Assembly (NCBI GenBank): GCA_002269645.1
Contig: NIVC01004601.1
Span: forward strand, 1-40,957
Direction: 5' to 3'
Source of the DNA: Macrostomum lignano
Lineage: Eukaryota
DNA length: 40,957 nucleotides
Part shown: positions 1-12,005 of the stretch, in pieces
Position numbering within the stretch: position 1 is the stretch's first letter
How the letters are laid out: each line of letters opens with the position of its first letter
Made by a program: the position numbers and the translations under genes
Notes under the pieces: model-generated
Database searches by the model: none
What the model saw: only the letters and a program-made list of their open reading frames with translations
What the model was told of the DNA's origin: nothing

Positions 1-226
1 ATCTAGTCTCAATCTATTTATCTACTTTTTGCTGAGCGCATCAAGTCACTTGCTATTCATTGCAAAACCAATTCAAACAGACTTCTATGCGATTAATTGG
101 ATTGATCAGAGGTTCTAAAGAATAAACTGCATTGGCCTTAACAAACCGAAAAGATAATTAGTATAGTGCTGAGCCTATTTAGTATCTACAGGCAACTAGA
201 ATTGCTAAATATTCAGCAGGAATAAC

Positions 227-1723
227 CTCAGGATGCTTAGCTGGATGCTTGGCTCCATCTTTAAGTGCTCATAATTGCTCTTCATCCTTCTCGACACATC
301 CTTCAGAGGGTAGGCTGGCTAAAGTAGAGAAGAGAAGGGGAAAAATCAATTTGGGAAATTGCTTCAAGTTTTTTTCTGTCTCCTTCCCTAAACGTGCAGC
401 TTCCATTACGAGATTGACTATTCTCCTTTAGTGCAAACTGGTAATAAGAATGCTGAGATGGCGCCAAATAGAGATGGCGCCTAATCGAGCTGGGCGCCAG
501 AGATGGGGCTAAACAGAGATGAAACCAAACAGAGATGACGCAAATCCACGCTGGGTGTCAAGCAGAGATGGCGCCAAACAAAGATGGCGCCAAACAAAGA
601 TGGCGCTAAACGGGGATGGCGCCAAACAGAGATGACGCCAAATCGAGCTGGGCACCAAACAGATGGCGCCAAATAGAGATGGCGCCAAATAGAGATGGAA
701 CCAAAAAGAGATCGAACCAAATAGAGATGGCGCCAAATAGAGATGGAACCAAAAAGAGATCGAACCAAATAGAGATGGCGCCAAATAGAGATGGAACCAA
801 AAAGAGATCGAACCAAATAGAGATGGCGCCAAATAGAGATGGAACCAAAAAGAGATCGAACCAAATAGAGATGGCGCCAAATAGAGATGGAACCAAAAAG
901 AGATCGAACCAAATAGAGATGGCGCCAAATAGAGATGGAACCAAAAAGAGATCGAACCAAATAGAGATGGCGCCAAATAGAGATGGAACCAAAAAGAGAT
1001 CGAACCAAATAGAGATGGCGCCAAATAGAGATGGAACCAAAAAGAGATTGAACCAAATAGAGATGGCGCCAAAAGAGATGGAACCAAAAAGAGATCGAAC
1101 CAAATAGAGATGGCGCCAAATAGAGATGGAACCAAAAAGAGATTGAACCAAACAGAGATGGCGCCAAAAGAGATGGAACCAAAAAGAGATCGAACCAAAT
1201 AGAGATGGCGCCAAATAGAGATGGAACCAAAAAGAGATCGAACCAAATAGAGATGGCGCCAAATAGAGATGGAACCAAAAAGAGATTGAACCAAAGAGAT
1301 GGCGCCAAATAGAGATGGAACCAAAAAGAGATCGAACCAAATAGAGATGGCGCCAAATAGAGATGGAACCAAAAAGAGATCGAACCAAATAGAGATGGCG
1401 CCAAATAGAGATGGAACCAAAAAGAGATCGAACCAAAGAGAGATGGCGCCAAACAGAGATGACGCCAAATCTACGCTGAGTGTCAAATAGAGATGGCACC
1501 AAACAGAGATGGCGCCAAACAATGATGGCACCAAACACAGATAGCGCCAAACAGAGATGGCGCAAAATCGAGCTGGGCGCCAAACATAGATGGCGTGAAA
1601 TAGAAATGGCGCTAAACAGAGATGGTAATAAAACGGCAATGGCACTGATAAGCGCGCCACCCTGCTCACCCTTGCAATGCCACCTTGTGCTCTCCCAATA
1701 ATAAATTTCTTCAGCAAATAATC
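227..1723 (-). other. Possible small exons of an unidentified minus-strand gene (1670-1723 and 227-318) flanking the 16/48-bp array
   Basis: On -, 1670-1723 has TAG| and |GTGAGC boundaries and two open frames (DYLLKKFIIGRAQGGIAR or GLFAEEIYYWESTRWHCK). The segment starting at 318 follows a strong polypyrimidine acceptor (TTTTCCCCTTCTTCTCTTCTCTACTTTAG); its donor is weak. No recognisable homology. Confidence 0.2.
455..1625. repeat. Minisatellite: 16-bp monomers arranged as a 48-bp higher-order unit in the core (~675-1450)
   Basis: Core unit AGAGATGGCGCCAAAT + AGAGATGGAACCAAAA + AGAGATCGAACCAAAT; flanks are degenerate monomers. Explains the 16-aa periodic ORFs. Confidence 0.97.
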
Positions 1724-1809
1724 CTACACGCCTTTTGGCTCGGGTGTGCACTTTAGCACCGGTTTATTGCCCATAAATGGGCTGGTGCAGCTCCCGCATC
1801 GCGCAGCTC

Positions 1810-1912
1810 CCCACAACGCCCTGCGCTGACGGCAGTTCTGCCCCAGTCAGCTGACTCCTAGCTGAGCACACACAAGCGCGCCAATACTGTAACGCAGGCA
1901 CAACACTCATAC
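1810..1912 (-). mobile_element. Diverged 3' fragment of the tRNA-derived SINE family
   Basis: CACAACG...GGCAGTTCTGCCCC...CTGACTCCTAGCTGAGCACACACAAGCGCG aligns by eye with CACAACC...GGCATTGCTGCCC...CCGACTCCCCTGAGCAGGCACACAAGCGCG at 33575-33640 and with the copy at 7650-7715. Confidence 0.55.
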
Positions 1913-2351
1913 ATGCTTTAATATGACTGTCCTCACTTGTTGGGAATCCAGCTTACACCATTTTTAAAGCTTCCAGTCCACCGATGCTACACCTAGAAGT
2001 CCTTGGTCTAAAGGCCACACCCACTGTGAGTTGAGCAGTTCAATTATTCATAAGACATATTTGATATTTCTCATGGTCGCCCAAACCCAACATCTAGGCA
2101 CTGGGACTGCGGCTCATGGAGACAAAAAAACTAAACTATAAAACAGTAAACTGGCATAGCAAACTTTATAGATAGTTTTATGGTTTTTATAAACATAAAA
2201 TAACCTTACTACAATACCTGAATGATCGTGTACGAGCGTGTGTTTCAGCCTTAGATACAGTAGTGCGCTGCAGTAGAGCCTAACGGTTTATTCAAACTTA
2301 TTTTCTAGCTAAATTATATACATCTACTTACATTTTGAAGTTTTGAAGCTT

Positions 2352-3612
2352 CCCCCTCTCTCCTCTTCTCTCACCCCTCTTAACTTCTCTCCCCTCTCTC
2401 CTCTCCCTTCTCTCTCCTATCTCCCCTCTCCCTTCTCTCTCCCCTCTCCCTTCTGTCTCCAATCTCTCCCCTCTCTCCTCTCCCTTCTCTCTCCCCTCTC
2501 CCCTCTCCCTTCTCTCTCCCCTCTCCCCTCTCACTTCTCTCTCCCCTCTCCTTCTCTCTCCCCTCTCCCTCTCCCTTCTCTCTCCCCTCTCCCTCTCCCT
2601 TCTCTCTCCCCTCTCCCTTCTGTCTCCAATCTCTCCCCTCTCTCCTCTCCTTTCTCTCTCCCCTCTCCCTCTCCCTTCTCTCTCCCCTCTCCCTCTCACT
2701 TCTCTCTCCCCTCTCCCTTCTCTCTCCCCTCTCCCCTCTCCCTTCTCTCTCCCCTCTCCCCTCTCCCTTCTCTCTCCCCTCTCCCTTCTGTCTCCAATCT
2801 CTCCCCTCTCTCCTCTCCTTTCTCTCTCCCCTCTCCCCTCTCCCTTCTCTCTCCCCTCTCCCCTCTCACTTCTCTCTCCCCTCTCCCTTCTCTCTCCCCT
2901 CTCCCCTCTCGCTTCTCTCTCCCCTCTCCCCTCTCCCTTCTCTCTCCCCTCTCCCCTCTCCCTTCTCTCTCCCCTCTCTACTCTCCCTTCTCTCTCTCCT
3001 CTCTACTCTCCCTTCTCTCTCCCCTCTCTCCTCTCCCTCTCTCTCCCTTCTCTCTCCCCTCTCCCTTCTGTCTCCCTCTCCCCTCTCTCCTCTCCTCTCT
3101 CTCCCTCTCCCCTCTCCCTTCTCTCTCCCCTCTCCCCTCTCACTTCTCTCTCCCCTCTCCCTTCTCTCTCCCCTCTCCCCTCTCCCTTCTCTCTCCCCTC
3201 TCCCCTCTCCCTTCTCTCTCCCCTCTCCCCTCTCCCTTCTCTCTCCCCTCTCTACTCTCCCTTCTCTCTCTCCTCTCTACTCTCCCTTCTCTCTCCCCTC
3301 TCCCCTCTCCCTTCTCTCTCCCTCTCTCCTCTCCCTTCTGTCTCCCCTCTCCCCTCTCCCTTCTCTCTCCCCTCTCCCCTCTCCCTTCTCTCTCCCCTCT
3401 CCCTTCTCCCTTCTCTCTCCCCTCTCTACTCTCCCTTCTCTCTCCTCTCTCCCCTCTCCCTTCTCTCTCCTCTCTCCCCTCTCCCTTCTCTCTCTCCTCT
3501 CCCCTCTCACTTCTCTCTCCCCTCTCCCTTCTCTCTCTCGTCTATCCTCTCCCTTCTCTCTCCTTTTCTCTCTCTCCTCTCTTCTCTCCTATCCTCTCTC
3601 CCCCTTTCCCCT
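2352..3612. repeat. ~1.25-kb polypyrimidine (CT-rich) low-complexity tract
   Basis: Almost only C/T, built from CTCTCCCCTCTCCCTTCT-like motifs; gives the spurious L/S/P ORF 2343-3653. Confidence 0.97.
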
Positions 3613-4904
3613 TCATTCACCCTCTTCCATGTGTCCCTCCCCCTCCTCAATAGAAGATCGGGTTGCCCACAATGTCAGTAGCCAGTCCTTCTGTCACGTG
3701 TGAGTACAATTAAAAAAATGAAAATCTTCTTCTCCATGATAGAAAAACTGATTGCACAATAGAGCGGCCTTGGACAAATTTCCTGTCAGCTGAATTCTCA
3801 GCATTTCTCCTACTATTGCTGTCTGTCTCGTAAAGCACGCATTAAAAACTTTGCAACAAGAAGAAAACCAGAAGTCACGTTGAAATGCATTCAGTATGAA
3901 ATTACGAGTAGGATAGGACATATTTCTTCTACTAGAGGCAGCAACAAGGCTTCCATCCAGCATTGGCTTCTTGATTGGGCAAACTATCGGCAATCAATAT
4001 ATGCAACCCGAGCAACAGCCTGAGCAGTGCTAGCTCTGGAGCACATGGCAATGGCCTCTTCAAATATCTTTCAATCTTAGTAGGGAATTTTTCGATTTTC
4101 TAGAAACTTTACCTTAAATTATAAATTGTAAAAGGTAGTCAGCTGTCAATTAAAAAATGAATTATTTAGGCTTGTTGACTAGACTAGCAATACATTCTAT
4201 TCATTTTACCATGATATGAAAAAAGAAACGCAATTCAATCCAATGCGTATATGAAATATAAGTCAGGTAAAATTACATAACTTACCAAAGGAAACGTTGC
4301 TGAATCAAGAGAGCTATCACTTGGTTGCCTTAAATTACTTCCTCACCTTTTATAGAAGCTTCAGAGAACCAAGACCAGCTCTGTCACACACTGCCAAGAG
4401 CAACAAATTTTCCCGAGCGCTTCACAGGTTGATGGCTGCCGCAGAGAGTTTTAACAAGAAGAATGATTTCTATGGGGATAGTTCTGTACGGATAACCTGA
4501 TCCGGAGCTTCTGGGAGACAGAATTTGAAGCTGCGTTGCATCGGTTATCATCCTATAATCAGCCAGTCAGCAGAGGCTTATGGGGAAGAGAGGGGGGGAT
4601 TCTCGCCCCTGGCCTCATTTATCCTCTCCCCCGCCCTTCCCCAACCCAATGCGAGTTGGGATATGCAAAGCTCAGTTCCTACAGAATTAGCCACTACGTT
4701 TTTCATGAGTATTCTTCTACTTCTATATTCGCAATCACTTCCAACTTCGGGTGCATCCTTGTTTGCTCCGATGGTGGCCCAGTGCGAGCCCGTCTGTCTT
4801 GTGTCCTGGATTTTGGAGGAGGGGGCAAGCAAGCTTTCTGTAGTGTACATTATCGAGGTCAGTTGGAAAAAGCTTTTCAATGTCCTGTGTTACAGTGTCT
4901 CAAT

Positions 4905-6895
4905 AATTGTCATAGTTAAGACACGGTCATGGCTAGGACAGGACACTGTCTCAGTCACAGTCATAGTTAAGACAGGACACTGTCTCAGTCACAGTCATAG
5001 TTAAGACAGGACACTTTCTCAGTCACAGTCATAGTTAAAACAGGATGGACACTGTCTCAGTCACGGTCATAGTTAAGACAGGATGGACACTGTCTCAGTT
5101 ATGGTCATAGTTAAGACAGGACACTGTCTCAGTCATGGTCATAGATAAGACAGGACACTGTCTCAGTCATGGTCATAGTTAAGACAGGATGGACACTGTC
5201 TCAGTCATGGTCATAGTTAAGACAGGACACTGTCTCAGTCATGGTCATAGTTAAGACAGGATGGACACTGTCTCAGTCATGGTCATAGTTAAGACAGGAT
5301 GGACACTGTCTCAGTCATGGTCATAGTTAAGACAGGATGGACACTGTCTCAGTCATGGTCATAGTTAAGACAGGACACTGTCTCAGTCACAGTCATAGTT
5401 AAGACAGGATAGACACTGTCTCAGTCATGGTCATAGTTAAGACAGGACACTGTCTCAGTCACAGTCATAGTTAAGACAGGACACTGTCTCAGTCACAGTC
5501 ATAGTTAAGACAGGACACTTTCTCAGTCACAGTCATAGTTAAGACAGGACACTGTCTCAGTCATGGTCATAGTTAAGACAGGACACTGTCTCAGTCATGG
5601 TCATAGTTAAGACAGGATGGACACTGTTTCAGTCATGGTCATAGTTAAGACAGGATGGACACTGTCTCAGTCATGGTCATAGTTAAGACAGGACACTGTC
5701 TCAGTCATGGTCATAGTTAAGACAGGATGGACACTGTCTCAGTCATGGTCATAGTTAAGACAGGACACTTTCTCAGTCACAGTCATAGTTAAGACAGGAC
5801 ACTTTCTCAGTCACAGTCATAGTTAAGACAGGACACTGTTTCAGTCATGGTCATAGTTAAGACAGGATGGACACTGTCTCAGTCATGGTCATAGTTAAGA
5901 CAGGACACTGTCTCAGTCATGGTCATAGTTAAGACAGGATGGACACTGTCTCAGTCATGGTCATAGTTAAGACAGGATGGACACTGTTTCAGTCATGGTC
6001 ATAGTTAAGACAGGATGGACACTGTCTCAGTCATGGTCATAGTTAAGACAGGATGGACACTGTCTCAGTCATGGTCATAGTTAAGACAGGATGGACACTG
6101 TTTCAGTCACAGTCATAGTTAAGACAGGATGGACACTGTCTCAGTCACAGTCATAGTTAAGACAGGATGGACACTGTTTCAGTCACAGTCATAGTTAAGA
6201 CAGGACACTGTCTCAGTCACGGTCACAGTTAAGACAGGATGGACACTGTCTCAGTCATGGTCATAGTTAAGACAGGATGGACACTGTCTCAGTCATGGTC
6301 ATAGTTAAGACAGGACACTTTCTCAGTCACAGTCATAGTTAAGACAGGACACTTTCTCAGTCACAGTCATAGTTAAGACAGGATGGACACTGTCTCAGTC
6401 ATGGTCATAGTTAAGACAGGATGGACACTGTCTCAGTCATGGTCATAGTTAAGACAGGATGGACACTGTCTCAGTCATGGTCATAGTTAAGACAGGACAC
6501 TTCTCAGTCATGTCATAGTTAAGACAGGACACTCTCAGTCACAGTCATAGTTAAGACAGGACACTGTCTCAGTCACAGTCATAGTTAAGACAGGATGGAC
6601 ACTGTCTCAGTCATGGTCATAGTTAAGACAGGACACTTTCTCAGTCACAGTCATAGTTAAGACAGGACACTGTCTCAGTCACATAGTTAAGACAGGACAC
6701 TCTCAGTCAGTCATAGTTAAGACAGGACACTGTCTCAGTCACGGTCATAGTTAAGACAGGATGGACACTGTCTCAGTCATGGTCATAGTTAAGACAGGAT
6801 GGACACTGTCTCAGTCATGGTCATAGTTAAGACAGGACACTGTCTCAGTCATGGTCATAGTTAAGACAGGACACTGTCTCAGCCCACGGTCATAG
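4905..6895. repeat. Minisatellite with 34-bp and 38-bp unit variants (~55 copies)
   Basis: Unit GTCATAGTTAAGACAGGACACTGTCTCAGTCATG; the 38-bp variant has 4 extra bases (GACAGGATGGACAC). Confidence 0.97.
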
Positions 6896-7649
6896 TATGT
6901 CAATAACAGGAGCTGAAGTTACGCTCGTACATAATGATACAAAACCCATAGCAGAAATATTTGCCAACACAAGCTGATCAACTCTAAGTAACATTTTTTG
7001 CTACTCGGCAGCAATCGCCAACAGCAATGTTTGCGTAGAACAGCTGAATTAATCAAGTCTTAACTCAACACTCACTTGCTACTCATATATGTAACTGACT
7101 TGCATATATAGGATTCACGCCACTGCACAGAACTGTTAAATTAACTTTTCCACGCACCAGCTATGGGCATCTGTCTCTCAACATCTGCATCAGAAAGGCG
7201 AGTGTGGAATACGGCGGAGAGTTCAGTTCGGTTCGAAGATAGCGTGCGAGAGATCGAGGGGAAAGGGAGCGGAACCAATTCTAGGAAATGCTGAGTTGGG
7301 GGAGGACGAGAGTGTAACCAACAACTCAAAAAGCTGTGTGGATGGACTTGGACTCGCATAATAGATGAGGCTTCGTACCGACAGGCAATACTCTTCAGAG
7401 CTATAGTTAGTATTGCTATATAGTCAGTAGTCGCTATTGTTAAGTATCTTAAGTACTACAAAATTTTAATTTTTAAAGCAAGAAGCATCAGCCCTAAAAG
7501 CCAGCTAGGCTATCTGGCTATATATCAGAAATATCAGAAATCAGACATCAGAATATCATAAATCCCCCGAAAGAGCCACAGAATTTCAGCAATTCCCCCC
7601 GAGCTTTGACATCTTAGCAATTCCCCTGGCGCACATTAAGCGACATTGG

Positions 7650-7967
7650 CACACAACCAGCGAGAGGCATTACTGCCCATTCCGCCGAATCCCCTGAGCA
7701 GGCACACAAGCGCGCGGATACGTACGCAGTCATACGCACACTCACACACTCACACAGGAGTGTACAGCGAGCGGCCCTGACTTTATTTATCGTTAGGGCA
7801 TGTACACTTTACTGTGCCTTGGGGGTTGGCCCTCAAGACCGTTAATTGCACGAGCAGAGCCAAACCGAGATTCCAATTTAGCCCCAAGTTCATTTGACTG
7901 CACTTGGAATCGAGCCTGGGCCGCTGGCACATCAGAGCGCCGTGCCAGACCACTGGGCCATGGCCCC
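7650..7967 (-). mobile_element. tRNA-derived SINE, most complete copy
   Basis: On -: GGGGCCA-TGGCCCAGTGG (A-box, 7950-7960), 33 nt, then GGCTCGATTCC (B-box-like, 7906-7916). The body matches copies at 33574-34205 and 40481-40595. Confidence 0.75.
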
Positions 7968-8816
7968 TACTCCACCTGAGCCTTGTCATCTCAGCAATTC
8001 CCCCAATGAGTCTTGAAATCTCAGCAATTCTCCCGTGAACTTTAATATGTTATAGTATTGTTGGGTTAGGGACTGTATTCAATGATACTGAATAGATTTA
8101 AGCCAATTTATTTAGACTTAAGAGTAGGTGCCATTGGCAACAAAAAGTCAGGCACTTCTGTGACTGAAATGTGCATTAATGATGATTTTGACTCAGATTC
8201 TCTTTATAGCTACTGTAGCTGAGCCGTATCCAGATTGTCAAGGGAAGTACCCAGAGACAAAAAACTGGGGTCGTTAAAAACGGTCATGAGGCCATTGTAC
8301 GCATCACGACATGACTCTCTGACAGTGAAATCAATCAAACAGTTGGACCTTTTCCCCAACAAAATCCCAAGGAATCACCCTTGCTTGTATAAAAAAGCTC
8401 GACATGTAACATTTCCGGATCGTGACGAATTGCATAATTTTTTGTGAGACCTTCTACTACCGTGACTGTTCTGCGAGACGAAAAAATATTCAAATAAAGC
8501 AACGTTTCACAAAGATTTTGCACTTTTCTATACATATTTTTGAGACCTTCTTAAATACTGATTTTATTGACCGCTCGGATTGCTGTAGCTAATTGCCTGG
8601 AAATTTTGCCAGCTGTTGCTGTTCAAGGCAATAGAGAAACGGTCCATGCAGTTTGACAGCTGAAATCAGGAATTGTGAGCGATTATCTGCAACTGATACG
8701 GGCCAGCTCGCATGCAGTTATAATATCGGCAAATTGGAAAATAATGCTTGCTTGATTGTTACCTTAACTAGCAGCCAAGACGTTTCAAAGCAGAAAGCCA
8801 ACACTATTGAAGTATA

Positions 8817-9116
8817 ATGTTAATAAGCAAAAAAGGCAGTGTTCTGAGTCTGTGGCTAATAACTGCATCAGCTCTGATTCAACCCGGCAATGCTATCAAT
8901 CAAGTAGTGATGGAGCCTAATCCAAAGGATCAGTTTAATCCTATAGTTCTGGTGAACTCCAGCAGATCGGAGACCTACTACTATGGTCCCCTGCACATGT
9001 TTGAAACTGTCTACGGCATGCGGCACATGTCGCTGAAGATGGAAATGCTGTCTGGAGAGCATCAGTGCTATTACATTGTCCTGACCGAGGGCTACCAACT
9101 GACTCTATTCGCTGCG
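8817..9116 (+). CDS. Probable first coding exon of an unidentified secreted protein (locus may extend to ~10280)
   Basis: ATG followed by a signal-peptide-like segment (MLISKKGSVLSLWLITASALIQPGNA), 100 open codons, phase-0 donor GTGAGA at 9117. Downstream open frames and splice-like sites are present but do not give one unambiguous model. Confidence 0.45.
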
Positions 9117-10307
9117 GTGAGACCTTCATTTTGATTAGCTGTTTTCCAAACCTTGAATCAAGAGACCGTGAGGTTATTTGGGAGTTCTTAAGCTTGATCC
9201 CCGGGGGCTTTGAAAGCTATATACCCGCACAGAAATCCGACGTTTTGTTTTGCGACTCTGTCGAATTGGTACTTAGATGTAAACGTATGAGCATCGTTAT
9301 CCATCGGCGTATGGTAAAACTCCTGCGACATCTATCGACGTCGTTGACCGTTGACAACTTTGAATTTAAAAAGTTCATTTTTTATCAAGTAATGCCACAG
9401 TGTTTTCGATCCAAGGATGCTAAATGTGACGTAATGAAGTCTTGACTCAGCTGCAGGGGGCTCCGGGGCATCCGGATACAGCGGGGAGGCGTTGACGCCC
9501 ATTTCGCTAACCCGTGGCAACCATGGACAGCCAGTGCTGAATTGTCTAACAGGGTGATCCGGTGGTGCCCGTGTCCGCAATGCAATGCCCCTTTCGGAAA
9601 GTCCAGGAGGTGCGTGGATGGTCGCTCGCCCGGTTGCCCTCAGGTAGCGGACGAGCTAGTAGAAATACTTGGGCCCGAAAACGTTCGAAAGGTCATGGGT
9701 TTGGGCCGCGGTAGGTGAGCCTGTCCTGAGTAGTAGAGGCGGGGTATTCGCAGATGAAATACTAATTTGGATTTCAGCAGATTTGTTTAAAACTTCAGTA
9801 AGTTATGAGAGCTTTGAAAGAGTTAGCCAGGAGCTCGTGGGTTCCATAGACTCATAACACCCATAGCAAGAGCTCATAAGCATGCTCCTATTGGTTACCA
9901 ACCAAACATTACCCATTCATACAGTCCATCGCAACAGACGATAACAAGTTTCACATGTTCCTGGCTAACAGCGACCCGCAGTCGCATCGCATGCATTCCG
10001 ACACATCCAGTGTCACCATGGTGCAGAATATCACTAGAACGGGTAAGAGCCATTTCAATAAGCAAACCATTTTTTATGAGCTTTGCTTTAAGAAAGTCAT
10101 TGTTGCGCTTTGTTGTCAATTTAAACAGACACGTACGAGGTTTGTTTAGTCAATCCGAAGGGTACCAGAAGCATTTTATTCTCGGCAATCTACTATTAGC
10201 CGGCTCGTTACGAAGCTGAGGTTCGAGAGGCCATCGCCAAGAGTGCCATCGTCACTAACATATCAGATACGACTGCTGTGAGTGCAACCAACCATCTTAG
10301 GAGTGTT

Positions 10308-10530
10308 GATGTCTGATCTACAGAGACCATAGACTATAGCTACAGATGTCTGATCTACAGAGACCATAGACTATAGCTACAGATGTCTGATCCACAGAGA
10401 CCATAGACTATAGCTACAGATGTCTGATCCACAGAGACCATAGACTATAGCTACGGATGTCTGATCCACAGAGACCATAGACTATAGCTACGGATGTCTG
10501 ATCCACAGAGACCATAGAATATAGCTACAG
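10308..10530. repeat. 37-bp minisatellite, ~6 copies
   Basis: Unit GATGTCTGATCYACAGAGACCATAGACTATAGCTACR; successive starts at 10308 and 10345. Confidence 0.95.
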
Positions 10531-11734
10531 ATTTCCTAACTTACGATGTTTAGACGCTGGAAGTTAACTTGAGAGTTTTTTAAACAGAATCTCGCCCTTT
10601 TAGTTAAGATTCGAATCTGCATAAAATGTCAATAATAATTTTAGCATTTCATCAGCGGCATCGAGCTAAACATAGGCAAAGCGCTAAACAGCATTCGTTA
10701 CAAGCCGAATCTTCGTCGCGATTACGTAATCCTTTGAGATAGCAACTCCTATGTGCAATGGAAATCGATCACGTTCATCTGTTTAATGCTGATGTCCTCT
10801 GGAGGCACAACTCTCTTCATACACTATCTATTCCATGTGCCTAAGGGCAAAGTAGTTATCTGATAGTTTCAATCGCGATTGTTAGTTAAAATGTTTTACA
10901 TTCTACTGCCAGTATATAGACAGTTAAATCATATCGCAAGGGTCTGTCTATAATTTTATTGCTAAACGCGTCGTCCAAAGATCATGTAATTGTAAGTTCG
11001 ACCTTTTGACCTCTTTTTAGCAGTAACCAGCTTTATCTGAGTTGAGGCTGCAAAAGCTTACCTGAATTAGCAAAGATTTCTGTTGATATATACATTAACT
11101 CGTTAAGAATTTTACTTTATATATTAAACAAGATCAATTAAAGATTTAAACAAGAGGAAGGATAGAACACTTGGTGCATGGACAAAGAAATGAAATTGAA
11201 TTTGATCGTTCGATCGGCTTGATCTGCGTCCGTACGCATTAGCTCCTACGATCCTATCGCATGATTATATTGGAAATCTTGCAGTACACATGTACGTTTC
11301 TTACCGTTGTCTCTTGCTCATTTCCAAGAAAAAATCGAGTCCATTGATAAGTCTCTTTTGAAGGATCACATACATGTACCCTTAGCAAAAGATGGCTGCA
11401 TGTTATACTTGCTCGGTCGCGGGTTCGTGATTCGTGATGTAATCTTATACATGTACATGTAATCAAGGACTAGTATTAGGGCGGGAAACTACGTTTCTTG
11501 GAAAATTTGAGGTCATTATATTTTGTGTACTTCGGCACAAAAATGGCTATTGCTTTTGATAGGAGGCCGACCCACTGCTTTTCTTTTGCTATGTTGTGCC
11601 TTTTGTATAGCGATCTATTTGTATTCATCATTGAGCTTTTCGTTAAAAAAATTAGGATTTGTATGATTAATTTTATATCCTACGTACATGTCCTATGCAT
11701 AAAGTCATACAAATTCATGGCACAGCTCCATTGA

Positions 11735-12005
11735 TCTCTCTCCTCTCTCCATTGCTTTCTCACTTTTCCTCTTCTCTCTCCTTTTTACTCTCTACTCTTT
11801 CCTCTCTGCTCTCACATCTCTCCTCTCTCCAAGCTTCTCTCTCGTCTATTCTCTCCCCTGAAGGAAGAGAGGAGAGAGGATATAAATGTAGAAGAGAGCA
11901 GAGGTGTGAGAGTACATGTAGATAGAAGAGAAAAGAAATGAGAGAGGAGAGAGTAGAGAGTAGAGAGGAGAGGTAAGACGAGAGAACAATGGAGAGGAAG
12001 GAGTT
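11735..12005. repeat. CT-rich tract followed by GA-rich tract, an imperfect inverted repeat
   Basis: Left arm CTCTCCATTG...CTCTGCTCTCACATCTC; right arm GAGAGCAGAGGTGTGAGAG...CAATGGAGAG; centre at ~11850. Confidence 0.6.

Noticed and set aside
481-1751. Long ORFs of 323-402 aa on - and 163 aa on +
   Set aside because: Products of the 16/48-bp repeat, open in several frames at once, with perfectly periodic peptides.
2328-3653. 436-aa L/S/P ORF and R/E/G antisense ORFs
   Set aside because: CT-only sequence cannot contain stop codons; low-complexity artefact.
4905-6895. CRISPR-like 34-38-bp hairpin repeats
   Set aside because: Units are contiguous with no unique spacers, there are no cas genes, and the context is eukaryotic.
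7163-7294. 43-aa ORF starting MGICLS (myristoylation-like)
   Set aside because: Too short, with no downstream splice donor or other support.
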